64,000 bases of DNA, taken from assembly GCA_963740175.1 (NCBI GenBank), contig CAVUDL010000012.1:26434-90433 (forward strand). Reading direction: 5' to 3'. Both the position numbers and the translations under genes were made by a program. The DNA comes from an uncultured Gemmatimonadales bacterium. GTDB taxonomy: Bacteria; Gemmatimonadota; Gemmatimonadetes; Gemmatimonadales; GWC2-71-9. The notes beneath the pieces are model-generated. The model was given only the letters and a program-made list of their open reading frames with translations. It ran no database searches and was not told where the DNA came from. This document shows positions 52,270-61,202 of the stretch, piece by piece. The first letter of the stretch is position 1, and every line of letters begins with the position of its first letter.

Positions 52270-53577
52270 ATGAGCCAGAGCTCCGGCATAGGGCCACGGC
52301 AGGCGGCACTCAGAATCCTGCAGCAGGTGCGGAGCGGCGACACATTCGACCTGGCGCTTGATCAGTCGGTGAGCGCGCTGGCAGAGCCGGACCGCAGATT
52401 GGCCCATGAGCTGGCGGCCGGCGTCTTGCGGCATCGGAGCGTTCTCGATGCTCAGCTCGCCCCCATGGTCCCCCGAGGCTGGTCGAGCGTGAATCCCGAG
52501 CTGCAGGATGTCCTCAGACTCGGTCTGTATCAGTTGACTGGGCTAGATCGAGTTCCCGATCATGCGGCAGTGAACACCAGCGTTACCCTGGCGCGGTCCG
52601 CCGGTGGTGCCAGGGCGGCGGCGTTTGTAAATGCCGTCCTGCGGCGGGCGGCCCGTTCCGAGCCGACATCAAGCCCCGGTCCGGGCGATCCGGCCGAGCG
52701 GCTCGCGGTGGAGCACTCCCATCCGCTCTGGCTGGTGCGTCGCTGGATGGCCGCGTTCGGTATCGCGGGAGCGGAGGGACTGCTCCGCTGGAATAATTCC
52801 CGTCCCCGCCTGGTGCTCCAACCGGCTCGAGCCGATGTGGCAACGTTGGCGACGCGCTGGCGCGCTTCGGGTCTGGAGGTCGAACCGGCGCCACATGGTG
52901 CGGGGCTGATCAGCACAGCCCGGAGCCGCCCGGCCGAGCTGCCGGGGTTTCACGAAGGCGACTTCATCGTGCAGGATCCGGCTCAGGCGATCCTGGCCGG
53001 GTTCGCGGATGTATCCCCGGAAGCCCTGATCTACGACGTCTGCGCCGCCCCGGGTGGCAAAACTATCGCGCTCGGTCGCGCGGCCAGGACTGTAGTTGCC
53101 GGCGAGGTGAGCCGGTCGCGCGCCAGGCGGCTGGTGGAAAACCTCAAGCGCGCAGGCAGGGGCAAGGAGCTGGTGGTGGTTGCGGATGGACGGCATCCGC
53201 CGCTTCGGCGGGCTGATGTGGTGCTGGTGGACGCGCCCTGCCTCGGCACCGGTACCTTTGCACGTCACCCGGATGCCCGCTGGCGAGTGACGCCGGATGC
53301 GCTCGCTTCTCTCGAGAAGTTGCAGGCCGAGCTCCTCACCCAGGCTGCCACGGTAGTGCCGCCCGGAGGTTTGTTGGTCTACTCGACCTGCTCCGTGGAG
53401 CCGGAGGAGAATGCAACTCAGGTTCATCGGTTCCTGGCAAACCACCCGGCCTTTGAGCGCGAGGCCACCGATGCGATTGACGCGGACCTGCTCTCCCCGG
53501 AGGGAGATCTGACGATTCTGCCGCAAGTTCATGGAATGGACGGGGCGTTCGGTGCCCGGCTCCGGCGAGTGCGATGA
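52270..53577 (+). CDS. rsmB: 16S rRNA (cytosine967-C5)-methyltransferase
   Basis: NusB-like N-terminus, DVCAAPGGKT, DAPCLGTGT and YSTCSVEPEEN. Confidence 0.85.
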   Translation: MSQSSGIGPRQAALRILQQVRSGDTFDLALDQSVSALAEPDRRLAHELAAGVLRHRSVLDAQLAPMVPRGWSSVNPELQDVLRLGLYQLTGLDRVPDHAAVNTSVTLARSAGGARAAAFVNAVLRRAARSEPTSSPGPGDPAERLAVEHSHPLWLVRRWMAAFGIAGAEGLLRWNNSRPRLVLQPARADVATLATRWRASGLEVEPAPHGAGLISTARSRPAELPGFHEGDFIVQDPAQAILAGFADVSPEALIYDVCAAPGGKTIALGRAARTVVAGEVSRSRARRLVENLKRAGRGKELVVVADGRHPPLRRADVVLVDAPCLGTGTFARHPDARWRVTPDALASLEKLQAELLTQAATVVPPGGLLVYSTCSVEPEENATQVHRFLANHPAFEREATDAIDADLLSPEGDLTILPQVHGMDGAFGARLRRVR

Positions 53578-54143
53578 GAGCTCGCCGCCATACCTCATCC
53601 GGTCCGCTTCTCGAATCCGATGCCTGGCGCGCATTCCTTCGAGACATGGGCCTGATCGTTCTCACGTTCGTGGTCGGCTATGGAATCTCGGTGCTCTGGC
53701 TCTCGCCTGGCTCGGTTTTCACCAAGGACCATTCCCTGCCCCGAGTGCTGGAGCTGCCGGAACCGGAAGCGCGGCGCACATTGACCGAGCTCGGCTTCCG
53801 GGCCCGGCTTGACGGCGAGCGCCACAACGATGCATTCCCCCGTGGCACCGTCATCTGGCAGGACCCTCCGCCGGGAACCGTGCTGGCGCCGAACACGATG
53901 GTGCAACTGGTGGTGAGCGCCGGCCCATCTCTGGTGGCGGTGCCGGATGTAATCGGAATGAGTCTGCTTCAGGCGACGAAAATCCTGTCCGCTGGTGGGG
54001 TGCGAATGGGCTCGGTAGATACGGTGGCCGGCGGTCAGGAGCCCGGGGTCGTGCTCGCCACCCGGCCGTCATCCGGCGTGGGCCGACCGCGGGGCACCAC
54101 AGTATCCCTCGTGGTAAGCCAGGGGCCGGAGGGAACGCGATGA
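53574..54143 (+). CDS. Membrane-anchored protein with two PASTA domains
   Basis: One TM, then two PASTA-like repeats (LPEPEARRTLTELGF...VQLVVSAG and VPDVIGMSLLQATKILSAGGV...VSLVVSQG). Confidence 0.7.
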   Translation: MRARRHTSSGPLLESDAWRAFLRDMGLIVLTFVVGYGISVLWLSPGSVFTKDHSLPRVLELPEPEARRTLTELGFRARLDGERHNDAFPRGTVIWQDPPPGTVLAPNTMVQLVVSAGPSLVAVPDVIGMSLLQATKILSAGGVRMGSVDTVAGGQEPGVVLATRPSSGVGRPRGTTVSLVVSQGPEGTR

Positions 54144-54805
54144 CGGTCCGGATTGCGCCGAGTGTGCTGAGCGCTGACCTGGGGCGGCTTCCGGAGCAGA
54201 TAGAACGAGCCGTCTCCGGAGGCGCCGACTGGCTGCACGTCGACGTGATGGATGGACACTTCGTGCCGAATCTCACCTTCGGCGCCCCTCTGGTTCGTGC
54301 GCTGAGAAGACTCACGAACCTCCCTCTCGACGTTCACCTCATGGTCGAGCGTCCGGAGCGCTACCTGGGCGAATTCGCCGATGCCGGAGCGAGCATTTTC
54401 ACATTTCATCCCGAGGCCACGATCCACGTACAACGTCATCTGGCCACCAGCCGGCAGCTTGGCATGCTGGCGGGCGTGGCGCTGAATCCGTCGACACCGG
54501 TAGCCCTGCTGGAGGAGATTTTGGGCGATGTGGACCTGGTGCTGGTTATGTCGGTGAACCCCGGCTATGGCGGACAGTCCTATATCCCTCAGTCCACCGA
54601 CAAGATCCGCCGGACCCGTGCCCTGCTGGACCGGAAGGGTTCCCAGGCCGTGCTCGAAGTGGACGGTGGCATCACCAACGAAACCATCGCTGAGGCCTGG
54701 AGCGCCGGCGCCGACACCTTTGTGGCTGGGACGGCGGTATTCGGCACACCGGACCCTGCCCACGCCATCCGCGAGCTGAAGCGGCAATGCGCCGTGAAGG
54801 TGTGA
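54140..54805 (+). CDS. rpe: Ribulose-phosphate 3-epimerase
   Basis: IAPSVLSAD, HVDVMDGHFVPN, VMSVNPGYGGQ and VDGGI. Confidence 0.9.
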   Translation: MTVRIAPSVLSADLGRLPEQIERAVSGGADWLHVDVMDGHFVPNLTFGAPLVRALRRLTNLPLDVHLMVERPERYLGEFADAGASIFTFHPEATIHVQRHLATSRQLGMLAGVALNPSTPVALLEEILGDVDLVLVMSVNPGYGGQSYIPQSTDKIRRTRALLDRKGSQAVLEVDGGITNETIAEAWSAGADTFVAGTAVFGTPDPAHAIRELKRQCAVKV

Positions 54806-54813
54806 CCAGAAGC

Positions 54814-55353
54814 ATGTCGAAGCAGTGGACCATCGTGGCGGTGGTGGTAGCCGGACTTGTCACCGGCGCCGTGGCTCTTACCCGCTTCGGGCCCGACATC
54901 CAGCGGGTCGAAGTCGGAGCGCCGGCGCCCGACTTCCGCGCCATCAACCTTGCCACCGGGGACTCGGTTTCGTTCCGAGAGCAGTACAAGGGAGCGGTAA
55001 CTCTCGTCAACATCTGGGCGACCTGGTGTGTCCCGTGCCGGGTCGAGATGCCCGCCATGGAGCGGGTATACCGGGATCTGGCTCCGCGCGGCTTCAAGAT
55101 TGCGGCCATCAGTATCGATGAGGGTAGTCCGGAAGATGTCCGCGCATTCGCGCAGGACCTCGGATTGAGCTTCGATCTGCTCCAGGATCGCAGCACCAAC
55201 GTACAGCAGACCTATCAGACTACCGGCGTGCCGGAGAGCTTCCTTATCAACAAGGACGGGGTCATCGTGAAGCGCATCATCGGCGCCCATGACTGGGGCT
55301 CTCCCGTCAACCGCGCGTTGGCCGAGCGCCTCCTCGACGACAACAGGCGCTAA
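54814..55353 (+). CDS. TlpA-family thiol:disulfide oxidoreductase (redoxin)
   Basis: Signal anchor, then the active site WATWCVPC. Confidence 0.8.
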   Translation: MSKQWTIVAVVVAGLVTGAVALTRFGPDIQRVEVGAPAPDFRAINLATGDSVSFREQYKGAVTLVNIWATWCVPCRVEMPAMERVYRDLAPRGFKIAAISIDEGSPEDVRAFAQDLGLSFDLLQDRSTNVQQTYQTTGVPESFLINKDGVIVKRIIGAHDWGSPVNRALAERLLDDNRR

Positions 55354-56427
55354 GTGGCTGAGTGGATCCTCGGCATCGAGACATCCTGCGACGAGACCTC
55401 CGCCGCCGTGGTCCGCGCCGAAGAAGGCCGCAGTAGCCTCGCCTCACTCGCGATCCTCTCCCAGGACGTGCATCGGATCTTCGGCGGGGTGGTCCCCGAG
55501 CTGGCGAGTCGGGCCCACGTGCAGGCCATCGGCCCGGTGGTGGAGCGTGCTCTGGCCGATGCCAGTATCGGCCTGTCGCAAGTGGACGGCGTGGCGGTAA
55601 CCAGCGGCCCTGGCCTGGTAGGCGCCCTGCTGGTCGGCGTGATGTATGGCAAGACCCTCGCGTTCAGCCAGGACCGCCCGCTGATCGGCGTCAACCACCT
55701 CGAGGGCCATCTCTTCGCGCCGACCTTGGAGGATCCTGATCTTGCGCCACCCTTCATCGGCCTGCTGGTGAGTGGCGGTCACACTCTGCTGCTGGATGTA
55801 CCCGCCTGGGGCGAATACCGCCTGCTCGGTCAAACACTCGATGACGCGGCCGGTGAGGCGTTCGACAAAGTGGCAAATCTCCTGGGCCTGGGCTATCCCG
55901 GAGGGGCGCCGCTCGAGCGGCTGGCGCGCGAGGGTAGGCCGGGCCAGGTGCGCTTGCCCCGACCCATGCTTCAGGAGCTCGATCGCAGGGGACCAAACCA
56001 GTACGCCTTTTCGTTCAGCGGACTGAAAACCGCCGTGCTGCGTGCGCTGCGGCCAGCCGAGCCCGAGTCGCGATCAGCCGGTGAGCGCGCCGATGTCGCC
56101 CGGGCGTTTCAGGACGCGGCCATCGAGGTTCTCGTTTCCAAGACCGCCCACGCGGTCACGGCCGCCGGCTACAGCCAGGCCATGGTGGGAGGTGGTGTCG
56201 CTTGCAATCGAGCACTGGTTTCCGCCCTGAAGGAACGGCTGGCGGGAGTGGCCCGGGTCAGCGTAGCTTCCCCGCGGCTCAACACCGACAACGCGGCGAT
56301 GATAGCAGCGGCCGGCGCCTGGCGACTTCACCGTGGCGAGCGCAGTGGGTGGGATCTCGAGCCGCGTGACGATCTGCCGATCCCGGGCCTGGTGCCCGCG
56401 GCTCATTCTTTCGGGACCAAAACATGA
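55354..56427 (+). CDS. tsaD: tRNA N6-adenosine threonylcarbamoyltransferase
   Basis: ILGIETSCDETSAAVV, VNHLEGH, SGGHT and GGVACN. Confidence 0.9.
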   Translation: MAEWILGIETSCDETSAAVVRAEEGRSSLASLAILSQDVHRIFGGVVPELASRAHVQAIGPVVERALADASIGLSQVDGVAVTSGPGLVGALLVGVMYGKTLAFSQDRPLIGVNHLEGHLFAPTLEDPDLAPPFIGLLVSGGHTLLLDVPAWGEYRLLGQTLDDAAGEAFDKVANLLGLGYPGGAPLERLAREGRPGQVRLPRPMLQELDRRGPNQYAFSFSGLKTAVLRALRPAEPESRSAGERADVARAFQDAAIEVLVSKTAHAVTAAGYSQAMVGGGVACNRALVSALKERLAGVARVSVASPRLNTDNAAMIAAAGAWRLHRGERSGWDLEPRDDLPIPGLVPAAHSFGTKT

Positions 56428-57287
56428 ACGTCTATCCGCTCCAGTGGGATCTCGGTCCAATCGAGATCACCGGCTATGGCCTCATGATGATGGTGGCCTT
56501 CCTCATGGGGGGCTGGCTGATCGCCCTCCAGCTGCGCCAGGCCCGGCTCAAGGAGGATTACGCAGCCGATATGGTTGCGGCCGCGGTGATCGGCGGAATA
56601 ATCGGGGCGAAGCTGTGGTACGTGGCGCTTACTGGAGATGCGGATGCCCTGTTCTCCCGGGGCGGGCTCGTCTGGTACGGCGGATTTATCGGAGGCGCGC
56701 TGGCGGTAATACTGAATGGGTGGCGATTGCGGGTGCCAATCCGCTGGACCATGCAGTTGGGGGCGCCGGCCCTGGCTGCAGCGTACGCGCTCGGACGGGT
56801 CGGCTGCTTCCTGGTCAATGACGACTACGGCCGCCCTACCGATCTTCCCTGGGGAGTCAAGTTCCCCCAGGGCCTGCCGCCTTCGACCGCTGAAAATCTG
56901 AAGAACCTGTTTGACATCCCGATTCCTCCGGGCGTGGATCCCGGAACAGTCCTGGCGGTCCACCCCACCCAGCTGTTTGAGGTCGCCGCCATGCTGGTGG
57001 CGTTTGCGGTGCTCTGGGCCCTCCGGAAGTCCGGGCGCCCGGTGGGCTGGCTCTTCGGCCTGTACCTGGTATTCGCCGGGATGGAGCGGTTTCTGGTCGA
57101 ATTCCTGCGAGCCAAAGACGATCGCATTCTTGGATCCTTCACTCTGGCACAACTCACCAGTGTGATCATCGTGGTGATTGGAATTGCGATTCTCGCCCTC
57201 TGGCACCGCCGTCCAGGCCCCAATCCCGGACTCTATTTGGAGACAGGGAAGAAACTGTCACCGGCCAAAATATCGACAGCTCGCTAA
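56424..57287 (+). CDS. lgt: Prolipoprotein diacylglyceryl transferase
   Basis: YGLMMMVAFL, GRVGCFLVNDDYGRPTDLPWGV, HPTQLFE and RFLVEFLR. Confidence 0.9.
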   Translation: MNVYPLQWDLGPIEITGYGLMMMVAFLMGGWLIALQLRQARLKEDYAADMVAAAVIGGIIGAKLWYVALTGDADALFSRGGLVWYGGFIGGALAVILNGWRLRVPIRWTMQLGAPALAAAYALGRVGCFLVNDDYGRPTDLPWGVKFPQGLPPSTAENLKNLFDIPIPPGVDPGTVLAVHPTQLFEVAAMLVAFAVLWALRKSGRPVGWLFGLYLVFAGMERFLVEFLRAKDDRILGSFTLAQLTSVIIVVIGIAILALWHRRPGPNPGLYLETGKKLSPAKISTAR

Positions 57288-57409
57288 GCTCTTTAGAATC
57301 AAGCGCATAGGAGACGAAGGCAGGATATGTACAAATTCTGCACTTCCAAGCCACTTGAGGTGCTCTGCGACTAACGTTGTCACATAACAACTTACACGAT
57401 CGCCTGCTT

Positions 57410-57424
57410 TGGCACCGCCCTTGC
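57410..57424 (+). promoter_or_regulatory. Sigma54 (-24/-12) promoter
   Basis: TGGCAC CGCCC TTGC is an exact match to TGGCAC-N5-TTGC. It sits in a 300-nt non-coding gap, preceded by the most AT-rich stretch of the window (57290-57400). Confidence 0.6.
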
Positions 57425-57435
57425 CTTACCTATGC

Positions 57436-57573
57436 CCGGGAGGTCAGTAAGACCTCAAGGAAAGGTGGTAGGTCGAAGAAGGGTGGAGCGGGCACTTCGG
57501 TCCGTCTCCGTAAACTCAGGGGGCGATCTACCACTCCTCATGCAAACGGCCCGTCGCGAGACGGGCCGTTTTG
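57436..57573 (+). ncRNA. Candidate sigma54-dependent small RNA (about 140 nt, family unknown)
   Basis: The predicted start is about 12 nt after the -12 GC. Hand-folded elements: hairpin GAGGUC-AGUAA-GACCUC (57440-57456); long-range stem 57458-57475 with 57524-57538 enclosing hairpin 57485-57509; then an intrinsic terminator. There is no credible ORF and no plus-strand gene downstream. Confidence 0.45.
57544..57573. terminator. Rho-independent terminator, usable from both strands
   Basis: ACGGCCCGTC-GCGA-GACGGGCCGT is a perfect 10-bp GC-rich stem. It is followed by TTTT on the + strand and preceded by AAA, which gives a U-run for the minus-strand rraA transcript. Confidence 0.75.
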
Positions 57574-57593
57574 CGTTGTAGGGCGCACCGAGG

Positions 57594-58076
57594 TCAGTCG
57601 GTCAGCCTTCGATCCGACACCACGATCCCATCCTCATCCGCGTACAGGTACTCAGTCGGAGAGAAAATCACACCGGCAAAGGTCACTTTCCCACCCCTGT
57701 CGCCCCTTCCCAGCTTCTGGCACCGCAGCGGCGACGTGCTCAGGGCACGCACCCCCAGCTTGATTTGGCGCATCTCGACCGAGTCCCGAACGGAACCGTT
57801 GATGATCAGTCCCGCCCACCCATTGGCGTGAGCCATGCCCGTGAGTCGTCCTCCCACCAGCGCGGTACGGAGCGAGCCGCCTCCATCTATCACCAGCACG
57901 CGGCCTCCCCCCGGCGTCCCCAGCGTTTCGCTGACGAGCGAGTTGTCCTCGAATACCCGCAGCGTCTCGATCGGACCGCCGAACTTTCGCAGCCCGCCGT
58001 AGTCGGTAAAAACCGGGTCCGCGATTCTCACGACCTCGGGAAACTCGTCACAGAGGTCGGCCGTGGTGAACTTCAC
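57594..58076 (-). CDS. rraA: RraA-family protein (RNase E regulator / HMG-CHA aldolase family)
   Basis: FTTADLCDEF, VLVIDGGGS...ALVGG and GLIINGSVRD. GTG start at 58076 overlaps the upstream stop (GTGA). Confidence 0.8.
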   Translation of the reverse strand: MKFTTADLCDEFPEVVRIADPVFTDYGGLRKFGGPIETLRVFEDNSLVSETLGTPGGGRVLVIDGGGSLRTALVGGRLTGMAHANGWAGLIINGSVRDSVEMRQIKLGVRALSTSPLRCQKLGRGDRGGKVTFAGVIFSPTEYLYADEDGIVVSDRRLTD

Positions 58077-60022
58077 GGGTTCAGCGCCACCGCGTTCTGG
58101 AGGCGGTGCGGGCCTATCACAAACGTCCACAGGAGCGCCGCCAGAAGTAGCGCCAGGAGCACGCTTTGCGCGAGCAAGGACTCCAGCGTCGGATAAATGC
58201 CGAGCGCGGGCAGGCGGGGCGCCCACGAGAATATGGTAGTGGGCAGCACGCCGCCGGCCTGGAGTTCCGCCACTCCTTTGCCCGCAAAGACGAAGGCCAT
58301 GTAGTAAAGAAACGCGCTGGTGACGGCGAAGAAGGGCTTGAGCGGAAGCCGTACGCCGAACCGGCTGATGGCGATGTAGACTCCCACCAGAATAGCGGCT
58401 CCCAGCGCGATTCCCGTCAATATCGGCATACCGCTACCCGCACCGCCGGTCAAAAACAGCGCCTTGTAGAAGAGCACGGTCTCGAACCCTTCGCGATAGA
58501 CCGCGAGAAACGCCGCCGAGGCTAGGGCCAGCGAGGAACCGCTGGTGAGTGCGTCGTTGACCTTGCTCTTCACGAAATGGTTCCACTTAACCACCTCCAT
58601 CTTGGAGAGCAGCCAGTAGCTCACATAAAACAGCACCACGGTGGCGACGACCATCGTCATGCCCTCCAGGATTTCCTGGTGAGCAGGCGAAAGGTGGAAC
58701 ACCGTCTCGATCGCGACTGCGGTGGCGAGGCTGGCACCAACTGCGGCCGCCACACCAAGGTTGATGTCCCGCTTCCGGTGGGACGCGCCCATCTTCACCA
58801 GAAACGTCATCAGGGCCCCCACGATCAGAATCGCCTCGAGTCCTTCGCGCAACATGATCACCAGAGACTGGAACACCAGGTTGACCGGCGATAGCTCATT
58901 GCCCACCGTCAGCTCGGCTTTCTCCAGCCCGGTGTCCAACCGGTGGCGTAAAGCCTCCAGCTTCCCAGAGCCTCCGCTTCTCCCGACCTCTCCTCGCAAG
59001 GCAGCAAAGTCCGCTTCCAGCTCCGCGGCTAATGCCGGATCCTTGGCCCGCACTTCCCGCTCGACTTGTTCGAACGTCATATAGGCGTCGAACGCGCGAG
59101 TATTGGCCGACGAGTCGCCTCTCCGCGCGAGTGCGTACGTGGAATCGAGCTGAGCCCGTACCTCGTCGAAGACCTGTCCGGTCGCAGCCGCAGTCGCATC
59201 AGGCTGAGCCCGACGAATGGCGGCGACTTGAGCCGGGGTAGCGGTGGACTTGTCGGTCGCTTCGAGGGCAGCGAGCAGGTCGAGGTCCGACATGCGTCCG
59301 GTGGTCTCAAAGGACTGGAGGGTCGGCGGCACGGTACCGGCGGGAGCCGGCAAGCGGAGGAGGGTCGCGTACAGAGCGGCAGCCCAGCGGTCCTCAGCCG
59401 GCAAACTCCCCTCGAAGGAGGGCATCGCGGTGCCCACTACTCCTATGGTGATTCGGCGATAGTAGTCCAGCGGGGACTGATCCTGAAGCGCGCTCCGATC
59501 GGACAGGTTGGTTGGTGCCGGATCGAGTCCAGCTGCCGCGGGCCCATCCCCCCTGCCGAGCGTGCCGTGGCAGCTCGCGCAATTGGATTGATATACCTCT
59601 CCTCCCCGCACCAGCGACGGGGGCTGCTTGGGAATGTCGTCAAGTGTGACGCCCAGCTCACTCGCGATGCCGCTGGTCAGCCGCCGGACCTTAGCCTCCA
59701 CCGAGTCCGGAGCTCCGGTGCGATCCACCAGCAGGATGATCGAGTCGATCTGAGTGACAGCAACGCGCCTTATAGCCGCGGGTAAAGCGGCCGCAGATCG
59801 CCTCGACTCCTGGAGGAACAGGCGGGCTTCACTGACTTCCGCCGGTGAGACCACTCGCCCATCAACGATGCCGACCCGGTATTCCTGGGCGGCCAGTTGG
59901 GCCGTTGCCGCCAGCCGACGAACTATCGGCGCCGGGTCAGTGGGAGATGCGGTTTGTTGGGGGGTTACCAGGAGGGTGGCCCCGAGGACGAGGGCGCCTC
60001 CACCAATGAGAACCATTTTCAT
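58073..60022 (-). CDS. Cytochrome c / FTR1-family iron permease fusion
   Basis: Signal anchor, heme motif CASCHG in the periplasmic N-terminal half, then a polytopic FTR1 domain with two REGxE motifs (MLREGLEAIL and VYREGFETVLF). ATG at 60022 is preferred over the ORF start at 60097. Confidence 0.8.
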   Translation of the reverse strand: MKMVLIGGGALVLGATLLVTPQQTASPTDPAPIVRRLAATAQLAAQEYRVGIVDGRVVSPAEVSEARLFLQESRRSAAALPAAIRRVAVTQIDSIILLVDRTGAPDSVEAKVRRLTSGIASELGVTLDDIPKQPPSLVRGGEVYQSNCASCHGTLGRGDGPAAAGLDPAPTNLSDRSALQDQSPLDYYRRITIGVVGTAMPSFEGSLPAEDRWAAALYATLLRLPAPAGTVPPTLQSFETTGRMSDLDLLAALEATDKSTATPAQVAAIRRAQPDATAAATGQVFDEVRAQLDSTYALARRGDSSANTRAFDAYMTFEQVEREVRAKDPALAAELEADFAALRGEVGRSGGSGKLEALRHRLDTGLEKAELTVGNELSPVNLVFQSLVIMLREGLEAILIVGALMTFLVKMGASHRKRDINLGVAAAVGASLATAVAIETVFHLSPAHQEILEGMTMVVATVVLFYVSYWLLSKMEVVKWNHFVKSKVNDALTSGSSLALASAAFLAVYREGFETVLFYKALFLTGGAGSGMPILTGIALGAAILVGVYIAISRFGVRLPLKPFFAVTSAFLYYMAFVFAGKGVAELQAGGVLPTTIFSWAPRLPALGIYPTLESLLAQSVLLALLLAALLWTFVIGPHRLQNAVALNP

Positions 60023-60083
60023 CCAGTTTGTGGATCGCTCCGGGCAAACTAGAGTGACATGGTCGGAATTGAAAGTGGCAGGC

Positions 60084-60470
60084 CTATGGGGCTTCAACTA
60101 CCGCGATCGCGCCAGCCGAAATTGCGGAATGAGTGAGAGATATCTGGATCCGCAGTCCTCCCCGCTCCTGCGACAGGCGGGCGGCCAGACCGTGAAGCTG
60201 GATGGCTGGCCGCCCCTCGGGGTCTCGGGAAACCTCGATTTCGCGCCACCCAATCCCCCGGGCACCACTCAATGCCTGCATCGCCTTGTACACTGCTTCC
60301 TTGGCGGCAATCCGGGCAGCGGCGTGGCCGGTGGCATCGGGACGAGTGGAGAGATACTCCCGTTCTTTCTGCGAAAAGAAGCGGGTCATGGCCTGCTCGC
60401 CCTTATTGGCTAGTAGAGACCTGATCCGCTCGAGGTCAACCAGATCGATTCCCACCCCGATGACCGTCAT
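60084..60470 (-). CDS. acpS: Holo-[acyl-carrier-protein] synthase
   Basis: IGVGIDLVDLERI, FSQKEREY and AAKEAVYKA. Confidence 0.85.
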   Translation of the reverse strand: MTVIGVGIDLVDLERIRSLLANKGEQAMTRFFSQKEREYLSTRPDATGHAAARIAAKEAVYKAMQALSGARGIGWREIEVSRDPEGRPAIQLHGLAARLSQERGGLRIQISLTHSAISAGAIAVVEAP

Positions 60471-61159
60471 AGCTTGGACCACCAGAGCTCAGCCAGCGGC
60501 CGGAGCGGCGTCGGCAGAGGCAGGTAGCCACCCAGCACCAAACCCAGATAGGTAGCGACAGCCAGTGCGGCGCCGGTGATCAGCCAGAGCAGCCGTCTGG
60601 GGCGACGCCACGCGCGGACACGCTCGATCTCCACTTTCCAGCGATCCTGTTCCAGGCGGGCAATTGCGAGAAGGCCAAGCCACGCAGCTTCCAGCCGCCG
60701 GGCCGAACCCGCCAGCGCACGCTCCCAATCGTCCCGACCTGCCCGGCCTCGGCTGCCGGATGCTGCCGCGCCCGGTACCGTCTGCTCCAGCGCATCGAGT
60801 GCTCCCACGAAGCCCGCGCCGCCGCTTCCCAGGCGTGAGGCAATGGCGCGCACATCCTCCGGCCTCAACAGGGATGCCTGAAGCTGCGGGGCCGGCAGCC
60901 GCGACTCCATTGCAGCGTCCGCCAGTCTGGCGTTGACTACCTGGGCCAGGCGCTCAGCCGACGCAGCCACGGCCCGTTCCCACAGCCCAAGCCAGCCAAC
61001 CCGGGACAGCGAGGAGACCGCGCTTTGCCGGTCCCCCGCCGCCGCGAAGGACCGAGCCGCACCAGCCAGCTCGAAGATCCCGGTAACGAGGTCCATGCGG
61101 ATATCGTCCAGAACCAGGTCGAGCGAGCCACGATCCCCCCGCGCTGCGGGGGGGTCCAC
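60467..61159 (-). CDS. Hypothetical protein with a C-terminal transmembrane anchor (start uncertain)
   Basis: Ala/Leu-rich helical protein ending in LLWLITGAALAVATYLGLVLGG. Its stop overlaps the acpS ATG (ATGA). I recognised no motif. Confidence 0.4.
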   Translation of the reverse strand: MDPPAARGDRGSLDLVLDDIRMDLVTGIFELAGAARSFAAAGDRQSAVSSLSRVGWLGLWERAVAASAERLAQVVNARLADAAMESRLPAPQLQASLLRPEDVRAIASRLGSGGAGFVGALDALEQTVPGAAASGSRGRAGRDDWERALAGSARRLEAAWLGLLAIARLEQDRWKVEIERVRAWRRPRRLLWLITGAALAVATYLGLVLGGYLPLPTPLRPLAELWWSKL

Positions 61160-61202
61160 CAGCCTGCCGAGCGAGGGGCCCAGCTCAGGGATCGTCCAGG
61201 AT

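Noticed and set aside
57436-57573. Whether the structured RNA candidate is SRP (4.5S) RNA, 6S RNA or a riboswitch.
   Set aside because: It lacks the conserved SRP helix-8 sequence (GGUCC-GGAA-GGAAGCAGC). It is too short, and wrongly promoted (sigma54), for 6S RNA. No downstream plus-strand gene exists for a riboswitch. It is left as an unknown family.
57377-57763. 128-aa ORF spanning the sRNA candidate, the terminator and the antisense of rraA.
   Set aside because: Basic, low-complexity translation that crosses a strong terminator and overlaps rraA on the opposite strand.
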